Part shown: positions 1 through 9,642 of the stretch, one piece after another
Layout of the letters: every line of letters begins with the position of its first letter
How positions within the stretch are numbered: the first letter of the stretch is position 1
DNA from: Phycisphaerae bacterium
Lineage (GTDB): Bacteria > Planctomycetota > Phycisphaerae > JAAYCJ01
Length of the DNA: 64,000 nt
Assembly (NCBI GenBank): GCA_012729815.1
Contig: JAAYCJ010000133.1
Span: forward strand, 3,956-67,955
Direction of reading: 5' to 3'
Translations under genes and position numbers: made by a program
Notes under the pieces: generated by a model
What the model was told of the DNA's origin: nothing
Seen by the model: the letters and a program-made list of their open reading frames with translations, nothing else
Databases searched by the model: none

Positions 1-1
1 T

Positions 2-511
2 GACGGGGAGAACACTCTGGGTTCGCTGATGAAGGAGTGCGCCGCCATCGGCTATGGCCGCGGCGACCTTGGGTTCTGGGACGCCCAGGCGGTTCTGTGC
101 CGCATCGTGGGGGTGCTGCTGTCTTCGCGGCCGACCGGCGGCAACCACTACAAAGTTAACGTATCCGGCAGTCCGGAGGAAGATCTTGACCTCCCTCTTT
201 CGGAGAGGATCGACGCCTATCTTCACACGCAGATCGATCGCATGATCGCGCTGGAGGACATCGCCAGGGAGCTGGGGATCAGCGTTTCGACGCTGACCCA
301 TCGGTATCAGAAGGAGACGGGCGTTCCGGTGATGACCGCGTTCGCCCAGAAGAAGGTTGACCGGATCAAGGAACTGCTCAAGAGGGGGTATCCGGTCAAG
401 CTGATCGCCCGTCAGATGTCTTTTTCCGAAAGCTGCGCGCTAAGCATATTCTTCAAGCGGCATGCGGGATTGTCGCCGCGCGAGTTCCTCAACCGGCAAA
501 GAGGGTCGTGA
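2..511 (+). CDS. AraC/XylS-family transcriptional regulator, C-terminal part (5' end outside window)
   Basis: The frame is open from nt 2 with no upstream stop. The C-terminal double HTH is typical of AraC (LEDIARELGISVSTLTHRYQKETG ... LIARQMSFSESCALSIFFKRHAGLSPREF). The sensor domain is probably upstream of the window. Confidence 0.8.
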   Translation, partial: DGENTLGSLMKECAAIGYGRGDLGFWDAQAVLCRIVGVLLSSRPTGGNHYKVNVSGSPEEDLDLPLSERIDAYLHTQIDRMIALEDIARELGISVSTLTHRYQKETGVPVMTAFAQKKVDRIKELLKRGYPVKLIARQMSFSESCALSIFFKRHAGLSPREFLNRQRGS

Positions 512-574
512 CGACGCCGGGCCGATGTGCGTTCGGGGCTGTGCAGAGGTTTTTTCGGGCATGAGAGCGTCGTT

Positions 575-2608
575 TTATGCGGTGACCAGATATCCGATGC
601 TCCAATGGTCCAGATCGGGCAGCGTGAAGCGGGTGTAGCCGTCACCGGCTTGAGTGCCGGTGAGTTGGATCGGTTTGTGCTCGAGTCGGTGCAGCGTGGC
701 GTGTTTTGTGGGGGTTTTCAGGGTCAGGATGATTTCGGCGGCTGTGTCCATGGAGGCGTTGAGGACGGTGGCGTTGATTCCGCCGTCGGGACGCGGCCGG
801 AGCCAGAGGCCCGCGCGGTGGCAGGAGTCGACCCAGCCGGGAAGTTGGTCGTTGGAGAGCCATCGGAAGAGTTTTTTGATCTGGGCGGCTTTGTGGGCGT
901 AGCCCAGGCCGTGCCAAGGGGCGTAGCCGATGACTGCCACGCGTCCGCCGAGGCGGTTTTCGTATACACCGCTGGAACAGGGTGCCAATTCTTCCTGCAT
1001 CGGATCGACGAGGCGTCCGATTCGCTGCGCCCCTTCGGCTGGTGCGAGCGAATAGGCGGTCGAACCCCAGAACACCTGGATCACATCGCGGCGGTAGAGA
1101 TTGCCGAAGTCGTTGAGGGGATGTTCGACCTGCATTTCGGCGGCGTCGGCGGTGAACTCGTCCACTTTGACAAAGCCCGTGAACTCAGCGAACCCGCGTT
1201 GATTGATCGCCTCGAGCGCCGGGACGTCCAGGTACAGACCGCCGTGGAGCAGGTCGAGGATTTCGTCGTCGGAAAGGGCTGCGACCTCGCGGGCGCCGAT
1301 GGCGGCGACCGTGGCGTCTTGCCGACGGAACGCGGGCGGCAGGCCGAGGACATGCAGATCGCCGCAGCGCCAGGGGTGGAATCGCGGATGCGATTCGCCA
1401 TCCCTGGTCATCCATTCGCCGGTCGCATGGTTGTTGCCCAGAAAGTGGTTCCTGCCGATGCCGTTCCAGATTCCCTTGAGCGACAGACGCTGGTTGTTGG
1501 CGACGATCAGGTCGATGAATTTTTCATTTCGCTTCAGTTCGCGGGCCATCGGTTCCCAGGCCGACAGCGGGTCGATCTGTACCGGGCCGGCCGGCTTGTC
1601 GAAGAGGCTGTAGGCTGCGCCGGTACAGCCGGAGGCGGCGCAGTATAGCTGCGCCTCGAGCGAGGTGTATCGGCGGCTTTTTGCGAGCGTCGCGAAATAG
1701 AAGTTCTCGATTTCGCTTTGGATCGCCGTGATCGATTCGGGCATCAGCGCGACACCGGCGGCGATCGAATTGGCTTTGACGATGATCTCATCCGGGCAGT
1801 GGTCGGTGTAGTTCAGGCCGCCGGGACGCCACCAGACTTGGACGCGGTCGGGTCCGGAGAGGGCCGCCGCCTGGGCCGCCGGATCGATTTCCCAATAGCT
1901 CATGTGGTCCATCTGGCCGAGGATGATTTTCGGATCGACGGCGTGCACCACCCGCTCGATATAGGTGGAGATATCGACCATCACCGAACGGTTGTGCTCC
2001 AGCAGCGCCAGCCGGCGCTGACGCAATTCATCGGGTGAGCCCGTTTGCAGGAAGGTTCTCAGTTCCGGCAGACCGCCTTTGAAGTCGAGGTTTCGACGGA
2101 TTTGTTCCATGCAATAGGGGCAGAAGCAGCCGAGTTCGTTCTGGCCGAAGTTGTTGAGGCGAAGATCGTCGTCGATCCAGATGAAATCCGGGCCGCATTT
2201 GGCCAGGAGGGTGTAGATCGGTTTGATGTATTCTTCCCGCCAGGCTGGATTGCTTGGGCAGGACTTCCAGTCGTGTGCATTGCCCCTCGAACTGACCATC
2301 TGGGCGGAACTGAACTGGTAGTGCCCTTCGTTATGCGGGTTGTGGCCGATGGTCACCAGGTTGTTGATTCCCACGCGCGGGGCGAACTTGCGAGTTTTTT
2401 CGATCCGTTTGCCCAAAGGTTCCCAGTACCGCTCCAGCCACTCGACCGGAAACGGCGTGCCGATCAGTGGCGTGGAGAAGAAGGCGTATTCTTCCACGAA
2501 CCGGGATCTGGCGGCGAAATCGCGGAAGGCGGCAAAGCCGGGATCGGTGTCCCAGAAGGCGCTGGGAACGCGCAGCGAAAGGGTCGCATGCTTCAATCGG
2601 GTCTTCAT
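575..2608 (-). CDS. hypothetical protein, possibly glycoside-hydrolase-like (family not assignable by eye)
   Basis: 677-aa ORF with ATG at 2608. It has no signal peptide or TM segment and sits next to a carbohydrate esterase. Segments such as FIWIDDDLRLNNFG and GCFCPYC are the only landmarks. Coding is likely; the function call is weak. Confidence 0.55.
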   Translation of the reverse strand: MKTRLKHATLSLRVPSAFWDTDPGFAAFRDFAARSRFVEEYAFFSTPLIGTPFPVEWLERYWEPLGKRIEKTRKFAPRVGINNLVTIGHNPHNEGHYQFSSAQMVSSRGNAHDWKSCPSNPAWREEYIKPIYTLLAKCGPDFIWIDDDLRLNNFGQNELGCFCPYCMEQIRRNLDFKGGLPELRTFLQTGSPDELRQRRLALLEHNRSVMVDISTYIERVVHAVDPKIILGQMDHMSYWEIDPAAQAAALSGPDRVQVWWRPGGLNYTDHCPDEIIVKANSIAAGVALMPESITAIQSEIENFYFATLAKSRRYTSLEAQLYCAASGCTGAAYSLFDKPAGPVQIDPLSAWEPMARELKRNEKFIDLIVANNQRLSLKGIWNGIGRNHFLGNNHATGEWMTRDGESHPRFHPWRCGDLHVLGLPPAFRRQDATVAAIGAREVAALSDDEILDLLHGGLYLDVPALEAINQRGFAEFTGFVKVDEFTADAAEMQVEHPLNDFGNLYRRDVIQVFWGSTAYSLAPAEGAQRIGRLVDPMQEELAPCSSGVYENRLGGRVAVIGYAPWHGLGYAHKAAQIKKLFRWLSNDQLPGWVDSCHRAGLWLRPRPDGGINATVLNASMDTAAEIILTLKTPTKHATLHRLEHKPIQLTGTQAGDGYTRFTLPDLDHWSIGYLVTA

Positions 2609-2642
2609 GAGATGCCCTTGTCGGCTTGGGGTTTGATGTCAG

Positions 2643-4688
2643 TTACTTGGGCTGGGTAATGCCGGGCCAATCGTCGGTACGGAACGGCACAGCGGGCAGG
2701 CCCTCCTTGTTGTACAGATTCGCATTGGCCGGGTTGGTCGCCCAGGCGTAACGGACGGCGACGGGCTCTTTGACAGTAGCGTGTGAGACGACGACAGTTG
2801 TTCCGTCGATTTGGGCGTCGGCCCAGATGAACTTTCGGTCGGCGCCGGCGATGGCGAAACCGGCGAGCTTTTCGTCCTGCGCGGAACGTCCCGCGACGAG
2901 TCCTCCGCCGACGTGGTCGAAGGTCAGCCGGATCCTGTCGCCCTCGATCGACTGGCCGGCATAGCGCGGCCCCGAATACACCAACGTCTTGCCGTAGGCC
3001 ACGTGCAGGGCCGCCAGCGCCAGCCGTTTGCCCACGTCCTGCTTGTTCTTCGGGTGAATATCAGCCGCCTCGCCAATATCGGTCGCCGAGGCGATGCCGG
3101 TATTGGGAAGCGACAGGCTCATTACCTGGGCCTCGCGCAGCTCAGCCCAGTCGGATTCTCCGGGCTCCGCGACGGGGCCGGCGAAATTCGCCAGCAGGAC
3201 GGTCAGGAACGGGAAATCGCCCTGGCCCCAGACCTCTCGCCAGCCGGTGATCATGCCCTTTAAGAGCGTTCGATACTGATAGCCCTGCGATGAATTGGAT
3301 TCGCCCTGATACCAGGCTGCGCCCTTGATGGCGAATGGGGTCAGTGGGGCTATCATCGCGTTGTAGAGGCAGGTGGGTGCGTTCTGGCTGACCGGGCCAC
3401 CGGCTATCGGCGGGCCCGAAATCTGGGGCAGTTCCAGTTCCACTTTAAACTTCCAGCCGCCGGCCAGCGGAATCGTTTCATCGGCGGCCTGGGCCAGGGC
3501 GATCGCGGGGCCGCCGCCTCCACCGACCATACCTCCGCCGCCGAAGTTGTCGAATGCGCGAACAGCGATGACAGCCGTTCCTGATTTGACAAGCTGGCCC
3601 GGCACGGTGTACCTGCGGATATGCGCCCAGTGTCCGGGGGTTTCCGAGCCGGTCGAGCCGACCTCCACGCCGTTGAAGTACGTCTGGTCGAAATCGTCGA
3701 TCGCGCCCAGGACGAGGATCAGGTCCTTGCCGTTCCACGCGGGTGGTATGGTCACTTGGGTGCGGAACCAGACCGCCCCGTCGATCTGCATGCCTTCGGT
3801 GGATTCCCAGGTTGCGGGGATCTGCATGGTTTGCCAGTCGGCATCGTCAAAGGCGACCTCCGCGTAGCCCAGAGGCTGGCCCTTGTTGCCCGGGTCGGGC
3901 CATCGGCCGGTGGCGCCGAGTTCTTTCATCGCCTCTTCCCACTTGCGGTTGACTTCGGTCCATTCCGCGATCTGGTCGGGAGCGTCTTTGAGGCTCTGAT
4001 CAAAGGCCTCGAGGATGGGCATGAGGTCCGGGCTGTAGGCGTAGCCTTCGCGCGGAGTCCAGGGTTGCGCGGGCGTGCCGCCCCACGACGAGTTGATCAG
4101 TCCGATGGGAACGTTGAGGGTCTTGTGCAGTTCGCGGCCCATGAAATAGCCCGCGGCTGAGAAACCGCCCGCGGTGGAAGGCGAGCAGACCTGCCATTCT
4201 CCCAGGACCTGGGTCTGAGGGGTGGGCGCCACCCGTTTGGCGACGTTGAAGAACCGGATATTCGGGTAATTGGCGGCATCGGCTGTCTCGGCTTGGCTGT
4301 CCAGGCAACTGGCGACGACCATTTCCATGTTTGACTGACCGGAACAGAGCCAGACGTCGCCGATCATCACGTTGGTCAACGTCCGCGTCTGTGCTCCGGC
4401 GATCCGCAGTTGGTGAGGGCCGCCGGCCGGCATCGGAGGCAGGACAGCGCACCACGTGCCATCCGGCGCCACCTGTGCACGAGCTGTCCTTGAGGCCACG
4501 CTGACCACGACCGTACCGTCGGGGTCAGCGGTCCCCCAGACCTTAACCGGCATATCCCGCTGCAGCACCATGTTGTCGGTGAACAGCGAATTGACCGCAA
4601 CGTTACGCGCCGACCCGGCGGAACAGCCGGCGGCAAGAACGCCAGTGACAAGAACAGCCAGGGATAACGCAACTCGACGCATGGTCAT
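2643..4688 (-). CDS. sialate O-acetylesterase-like carbohydrate esterase (SASA/DUF303 type), lipoprotein
   Basis: Internal ATG at 4688 gives MTMRRVALSLAVLVTGVLAAGCS, a lipobox signal. The GDVWLCSGQSNME block matches the GQSN motif of this esterase family. There is also a galactose-binding-like insert (AVWFRTQVTIP...LGAIDDFDQTYFNGVEVG). Confidence 0.75.
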   Translation of the reverse strand: MTMRRVALSLAVLVTGVLAAGCSAGSARNVAVNSLFTDNMVLQRDMPVKVWGTADPDGTVVVSVASRTARAQVAPDGTWCAVLPPMPAGGPHQLRIAGAQTRTLTNVMIGDVWLCSGQSNMEMVVASCLDSQAETADAANYPNIRFFNVAKRVAPTPQTQVLGEWQVCSPSTAGGFSAAGYFMGRELHKTLNVPIGLINSSWGGTPAQPWTPREGYAYSPDLMPILEAFDQSLKDAPDQIAEWTEVNRKWEEAMKELGATGRWPDPGNKGQPLGYAEVAFDDADWQTMQIPATWESTEGMQIDGAVWFRTQVTIPPAWNGKDLILVLGAIDDFDQTYFNGVEVGSTGSETPGHWAHIRRYTVPGQLVKSGTAVIAVRAFDNFGGGGMVGGGGGPAIALAQAADETIPLAGGWKFKVELELPQISGPPIAGGPVSQNAPTCLYNAMIAPLTPFAIKGAAWYQGESNSSQGYQYRTLLKGMITGWREVWGQGDFPFLTVLLANFAGPVAEPGESDWAELREAQVMSLSLPNTGIASATDIGEAADIHPKNKQDVGKRLALAALHVAYGKTLVYSGPRYAGQSIEGDRIRLTFDHVGGGLVAGRSAQDEKLAGFAIAGADRKFIWADAQIDGTTVVVSHATVKEPVAVRYAWATNPANANLYNKEGLPAVPFRTDDWPGITQPK

Positions 4689-4898
4689 GGTAATGTCCTC
4701 ACAGAGGTAGGAAACGGTATCTTGACGGTGTTTCTCATTTGGCTCCCGCTCACGACCGGCGTGAGCTTCGTCGATCATTCTATTTGGTCTCCAAACTCTT
4801 TCAAGGGCGTTTTCGGCTTCAGCCAGCGGCGGCGGGGAGGCAACTTCGGTTGGTCGGTCGATTTGACCACGATCAAGGCTGGTTTTGGGCGTTCCGGT

Positions 4899-4927
4899 TT
4901 GGAAAGTACTCGCTTTGGTTGTAGAAT
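4899..4927 (+). promoter_or_regulatory. sigma70-like promoter candidate for nifU-nifS (TTGGAA-N17-TAGAAT)
   Basis: TTGGAA lies at 4899-4904, followed by a 17-nt spacer and TAGAAT at 4922-4927. This is 35 nt upstream of the nifU ATG, in a locally AT-richer patch. Confidence 0.4.
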
Positions 4928-4962
4928 CATTATTGACGATACTGACAAGAAAGGGATTTGCG

Positions 4963-5811
4963 ATGTGGGACTATACGGAGAAAGTGAAGGATCATTTCCG
5001 CAATCCGCGGAACGTCGGGGCGATCGAGGACCCGGACGGGGTGGGCGAGGTCGGCTCGATGGCGTGCGGCGACGCGTTGCGGCTGATGTTCAAGCTGGAC
5101 GGTCAGGGGCGGATCGCGGACGTCAAGTTCCAGACCTTCGGCTGCGCCAGCGCGATCGCGTCGTCGTCGGCTTTGACGGAGATTGTCAAGGGGATGACGG
5201 TGGACGAGGCGGCGAAGGTGAGCAATCAGGACATCGCTGAGTACCTGGGCGGGCTGCCGGAGCAGAAGATGCACTGTTCGGTGATGGGGCGCGAGGCCCT
5301 TGAGGCGGCGATCGCCAACTACCGGACGGGGCGCAAGGAGGGCAAGCGGGAGCTGGAGGGGCGGGTGGTCTGCGTGTGTTTCGGCGTGACGGAGCCGGAG
5401 ATCGAGCGGGTGGTTCGCGAGAACCGGCTGGCCACGGTGGAGGAGGTGACGAACTACTGCAAGGCGGGCGGCGGCTGCGGCGGCTGCAAGAATGAAATCC
5501 GCAAGATCATCGCGCGGGTCCGGGGCGAGGCGCCTGCGGAGGAAAAGCCCAAAACGGTCAAGCGGAGCATGACCAACCTCCAGCGGATCAAGCTGATCGA
5601 GGAGACGATCGAGCGGGAGATCCGGCCGCTGTTGCGCCAGGACGGCGGCGATATCGAATTGATCGACGTGGACGGCGACCGGGTGCTGGTCTCGCTTCGC
5701 GGCCAGTGCGCCCAGTGCCGGGTGGCGGAGTTCACGCTCAGCGACCTGGTGGCCACGCGGCTTCGCGAGTTCGTTTCGGACGATCTGGTGGTCGAGGAGG
5801 TAAAGGTCTGA
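4963..5811 (+). CDS. nifU: NifU-type Fe-S cluster scaffold (IscU-like N domain, central 2Fe-2S domain, C-terminal Nfu domain)
   Basis: Starts MWDYTEKVKDHFRNPRNVG. IscU cysteines are present (GSMACGD, FGCASAIASS, MHCSVMG). A central CVCFGVTE...CKAGGGCGGC block and a C-terminal LRGQCAQC CxxC motif follow. The stop overlaps the nifS ATG (TGATG at 5809-5813). Confidence 0.9.
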   Translation: MWDYTEKVKDHFRNPRNVGAIEDPDGVGEVGSMACGDALRLMFKLDGQGRIADVKFQTFGCASAIASSSALTEIVKGMTVDEAAKVSNQDIAEYLGGLPEQKMHCSVMGREALEAAIANYRTGRKEGKRELEGRVVCVCFGVTEPEIERVVRENRLATVEEVTNYCKAGGGCGGCKNEIRKIIARVRGEAPAEEKPKTVKRSMTNLQRIKLIEETIEREIRPLLRQDGGDIELIDVDGDRVLVSLRGQCAQCRVAEFTLSDLVATRLREFVSDDLVVEEVKV

Positions 5812-6989
5812 TGTCGACGCGAAACGTCTATCTGGACAACAACGCGACCACGCGGGTGGCGCCCGAGGTAATCGGGGCGATGCAGCCGTTTCTGGAGGAG
5901 TTGTGGGGCAATCCATCGAGCATCCACACCTTCGGCGGCCAAGTGGCGCGGCACGTCGAGCGGGCGCGGGAGCAGGTGGCTTCGCTGCTGAAGGCCGATC
6001 CGTCCGAGATCATCTTCACCAGTTGCGGGACCGAGAGCGACAACATGGCGATCCGCGGGGCGGTCGAGGCGTTCGGCGGCCGTCCGGCGATTGTGACCAC
6101 GCGCGTCGAGCACCCAGCCGTTCTGGGTCCGTGCCGGTACCTGGAGAGCCGCGGCCACAAGCTGGTGGAACTGGGCGTCGACGGCGACGGGCGGCTGGAC
6201 CTCGATGAGCTGCGGGCGGCGCTGACGGATCAGACGGCGGTCGTCAGCGTGATGTGGGCCAACAACGAGACGGGCGTGGTGTTCCCGATCGACGAGATCG
6301 CCGGGATCGTCAAGCACGCCGGCTGCGTGCTGCATACGGATGCGGTTCAGGTGGCGGGCAAGCTGCCGATCGATTTGCGCAAGACGCCGGTGGACATGCT
6401 GAGCCTTTCGGGCCACAAGCTGCACGCGCCGAAGGGGGTGGGCGTGCTGTACGTCCGGAAGGGCACGCGGGTCAATCCGCTGCTGCTGGGCGGGCATCAG
6501 GAGCACGGCAAGCGGGCCGGGACGGAGAACGTGCCGTACATCGTGGGGTTGGGCCGGGCGTGCGAACTGGCGGCGGAGGCGATGGATGAGGAGAACGGCC
6601 GGGTGCGGGCGCTTCGTGACCGGTTGGAGGCGGGGTTGCTGGCGTCGTGCCGCGACTGCCGGGTCAACGGGGACCGCGAGCACCGGCTGCCGAACACCAC
6701 GAACATCAGCTTTGAGTATGTCGAGGGCGAGGCGATCCTGCTGCGGCTGGACGATCTGGGCGTGGCGGCCTCGTCGGGTTCGGCGTGCACCAGCGGCTCG
6801 CTGGAGCCGTCGCATGTGATGCGGGCGATGGGTGTGCCGTTTACCGCGGCGCACGGCTCTATCCGCTTTAGCCTCAGCCGCTACAACACCGAAGCGGACG
6901 TCGATTGGGTGCTGGAGCATCTGCCGCCGATCATCGAGGATTTGCGGCGGATCTCGCCGTTTGTGCCCAAGGCGGCGGTCAAAGGATAG
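5811..6989 (+). CDS. nifS: cysteine desulfurase, NifS/IscS class (PLP-dependent)
   Basis: Starts MSTRNVYLDNNATT. The PLP lysine region is SLSGHKLHAPKGVG and the active-site loop is SSGSACTSG. It is translationally coupled to nifU. Confidence 0.9.
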   Translation: MSTRNVYLDNNATTRVAPEVIGAMQPFLEELWGNPSSIHTFGGQVARHVERAREQVASLLKADPSEIIFTSCGTESDNMAIRGAVEAFGGRPAIVTTRVEHPAVLGPCRYLESRGHKLVELGVDGDGRLDLDELRAALTDQTAVVSVMWANNETGVVFPIDEIAGIVKHAGCVLHTDAVQVAGKLPIDLRKTPVDMLSLSGHKLHAPKGVGVLYVRKGTRVNPLLLGGHQEHGKRAGTENVPYIVGLGRACELAAEAMDEENGRVRALRDRLEAGLLASCRDCRVNGDREHRLPNTTNISFEYVEGEAILLRLDDLGVAASSGSACTSGSLEPSHVMRAMGVPFTAAHGSIRFSLSRYNTEADVDWVLEHLPPIIEDLRRISPFVPKAAVKG

Positions 6990-6995
6990 AGGCGG

Positions 6996-8684
6996 CTAGA
7001 GTTCGTCTTCGTGGTTCTGGTGATCGGAGTGGTCGTCGAGTTCGTCGGCGCGGGCGAAGCAGACGGCGGCTTCTTTCTCACGGCCGAGGGATTCGAGGGT
7101 CTCGGCTTTGAGCCGCCAGATTTCCACGTCCTGCGGGTCGGCGCGGAGGATGCGGTCGTAGCAGTCGAGGGCTTCGCGGTAGCGGCACAGGGAGCTGAGA
7201 ATCTCGCCCTTGTTGGCCCAGGCGTCGAGCTGGCGCGGGTCGAGCCGCAGGGCCTCATCGAGCGACTGGACGGCTTCGTCGAGCTGCCCGAGTTCGGCGC
7301 AGATCCAGCCTTTGGTCGCCCAGGCCCAGGCGTGGCGCGGGTCCAGACGGAGGGCCCGTTCGGCGGCGTCGAGGGCCTCGTGGAAGCTGCCCATCTCGCC
7401 GAGCGTGCGGGCGCGGGTGGCGTAGGCGTAGGCGCTTTTGGGATCGAGCTTCAGCGCCCGATCGAGCACGTCGAGGGCTTCGTCGTATTGGCCGAGGGCG
7501 CCCAGGGCGTAGCCTTTGTTCTGGAGCGAGTAGCTGTCCTGCGGATCGAGCTTCAACGCGCGGTCGCAGGCCTCGACGGCTTCCTCATACCGGCCAAGCT
7601 CGCAGAGCGACCAGGAGAGCGTTCCCCAGGTCCAGGCGCTGCCGGGCTCAATTTCCAGGGCGCGATCGAGTGCTTCGACGGCGTCTTCGTATTGTCCCAG
7701 TTCGCTGAGGGCGTAGCCGCGGGTCTGCAGGGCGTCGAGATGATTCGCGTCGATCCGCAGGGCCTTCTCGCAGCAGCTCAGGGCCTCTTCGAATCGCCCG
7801 GCGTCGCACTGGACGCGGCCTTTGGCCGCCCACGGCCAGGCGCTGTGCGGATCGTATTGCAGCGCCTTGTCGCAGCATTCAAGGGCCTGCTCGAAGTATC
7901 CCATGTCGTTGAGGGCTTTGGCCTTGGTTCCCCAGATCCATGCGTCCTGAGGTTTGAGCAAGAGCGCCCGATCGACGTACGCCAGCGCCTCTTCCAGATG
8001 GCCCATCTCGGAGAGGGCGTGGCCCTTGGCGAGCAGGGCTTCGGTATCCTGCGGGTTGATCTCGACGGCCTTGTCGCAGCAGCGTGAGGCTTCCTCGAAG
8101 CAGTCGAGTTCGCACAGGGTGCGGGCGCGGTTGGTCCAGCTCCAGCCGTCCAGCGGATCGATGGCCAGGGCCCTATCGCAACAGTGGATGGCCTCTTCGT
8201 ACCGGCCGAGATTGGCCAGCACGTAGGACTTGTTCGACCAGATCGACAGGTCGTCGGGGTCGAGTTCGCCGGCCTTGTCGAGGCAGCTCAGGGCCTCGTC
8301 GTCACGCCCGATCTGCCCGAGGGCGTAGCCCTTGTTGGTCCACAGCCACGGGTCGCCGCCGTCGTGTTCGAGGGCGCGGCTGAAGCAATCAACCGCCTCT
8401 TCGAACCGTCCGAGTTGGTTGAGGCAGTGACCCTTGTTGCCCAGGGCCTCGACGTGATGGGGTTCGAGGGCGATGATCCGATCGGAGCAGGCGATGCTCT
8501 CATCAAGCCGGCCGAGGTCCGCCAGCAGGAACATCCGGTCGGTCAGGCTGCGAAGATCGCGCGGACTGCGCTCCAGAGCACGGTCGAGACAGGCGAGGGC
8601 CTGCTCCAACCGGCCGCCTCGTTCGTGCAGGCGGGCCCTGGCGTACCAGAATGCCGCACTGATTTTGCTCATGGGTCTCTTCAT
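6996..8684 (-). CDS. tetratricopeptide-repeat protein (about 16 contiguous 34-aa repeats)
   Basis: A strict 34-residue periodicity runs through nearly the whole 562 aa, with pattern W..KG.AL..LGR.EEAL.C.DRAL.LDP. Confidence 0.9.
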   Translation of the reverse strand: MKRPMSKISAAFWYARARLHERGGRLEQALACLDRALERSPRDLRSLTDRMFLLADLGRLDESIACSDRIIALEPHHVEALGNKGHCLNQLGRFEEAVDCFSRALEHDGGDPWLWTNKGYALGQIGRDDEALSCLDKAGELDPDDLSIWSNKSYVLANLGRYEEAIHCCDRALAIDPLDGWSWTNRARTLCELDCFEEASRCCDKAVEINPQDTEALLAKGHALSEMGHLEEALAYVDRALLLKPQDAWIWGTKAKALNDMGYFEQALECCDKALQYDPHSAWPWAAKGRVQCDAGRFEEALSCCEKALRIDANHLDALQTRGYALSELGQYEDAVEALDRALEIEPGSAWTWGTLSWSLCELGRYEEAVEACDRALKLDPQDSYSLQNKGYALGALGQYDEALDVLDRALKLDPKSAYAYATRARTLGEMGSFHEALDAAERALRLDPRHAWAWATKGWICAELGQLDEAVQSLDEALRLDPRQLDAWANKGEILSSLCRYREALDCYDRILRADPQDVEIWRLKAETLESLGREKEAAVCFARADELDDHSDHQNHEDEL

Positions 8685-8751
8685 GGGTTCAAAGGGGCAT
8701 CCGCTATCTTATATTACGCCAAACATGTTGGTTTCCACAATACTTCCGGAG

Positions 8752-9549
8752 CTATTTCTGGCGGGCGGGCACCCAGGCGGTGGTTCGGCCGCCGATGGTC
8801 TGGTGGATGATCTTCTCACCGCGATGGGTGCGGGCCTCGGCGTTTTTGCCCCAACGGTGATGGAACAGCCATGTTCTGGGGAAGCGTTCGTTGTCGGCAT
8901 CGAGCTCGACCGCCTTGCGGATAATTGAGCGGAGCTTTGAAAATATTCGAGAAACTTCTTGTGGGGTGAGGCCGGAGGCGATGCGGGCGGGGGCGATTCG
9001 GGCCTGGTAGAGCACTTCATCGGCGATCCAGTTGCCGACCCCCGCGATGAACGACTGGTCGAGCAGGACGGCTTTGATCGTGGCGTTGCGACGGGTCAGC
9101 ATCGCGGCGAAGCGGCTGGGTGACAGGCGATCGGCGAGGGGATCGAAGCCCAGGCGGCTGATCGGCGGCTCGGCGGGCGGGTCGTGCCGCAGGCGGATGC
9201 GGCCGAGGCGGCGTTTGTTGACCATCGTCAAGAACAGGCCGTCATCGGTGAGCAGTTCAGCCTTCCAGAATCGCGGGCGGTCGGCTGGGTCGCGGTAGGT
9301 CTCGAAATAGCCGGTCATGCCGAAATGGAAGGTGGGCCAGGGGCGGCGATCGAGTTCGATCCACAGGTGCTTGCCTCGCCGGCCGATGGCCAGGACGGTG
9401 CGGTCGGTGAGGGCGGAGGCGAAGCGGGCGGGCGGGATGCCGTCAAAGACGATGCGGTCGTCGTCGACGGCGACGCGGACGATGCGCCGGCCGAGCAGGG
9501 CCTTTTCGGCTTGGCGACGGGCAAACTCGACTTCCGGGAGTTCAGGCAT
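8752..9549 (-). CDS. Fpg/Nei-family DNA glycosylase/AP lyase, zincless-finger type
   Basis: Internal ATG at 9549 gives MPELPEVE, the catalytic Pro2/Glu3 N-terminus. An H2TH region is present (LLDQSFIAGVGNWIADEVLYQARI). The C-terminus is WLFHHRWGK...GGRTTAWVPARQK with no cysteine anywhere in the protein. Confidence 0.85.
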   Translation of the reverse strand: MPELPEVEFARRQAEKALLGRRIVRVAVDDDRIVFDGIPPARFASALTDRTVLAIGRRGKHLWIELDRRPWPTFHFGMTGYFETYRDPADRPRFWKAELLTDDGLFLTMVNKRRLGRIRLRHDPPAEPPISRLGFDPLADRLSPSRFAAMLTRRNATIKAVLLDQSFIAGVGNWIADEVLYQARIAPARIASGLTPQEVSRIFSKLRSIIRKAVELDADNERFPRTWLFHHRWGKNAEARTHRGEKIIHQTIGGRTTAWVPARQK

Positions 9550-9642
9550 AGGGCTTGTGGCGATTCTCGGCGCAGAATGATGCTGACGTACCAGGATTGT
9601 ATCGGATCGGGGAAAGGATAGGAATGCCCGACCAGAAAGGGC

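Noticed and set aside
512-574. A T-run (GGTTTTTTCGGG, about 546-557) between the convergent AraC and glycosidase-like genes as an intrinsic terminator.
   Set aside because: I could not find a convincing GC-rich inverted repeat immediately upstream of the T-run; the nearby GTGCG/GTGCAG elements are direct repeats, not inverted.
4963-6989. nifU-nifS as evidence of a nitrogen-fixation island.
   Set aside because: No nitrogenase structural or maturation genes are adjacent. The pair is better explained as a housekeeping NIF-type Fe-S assembly system.
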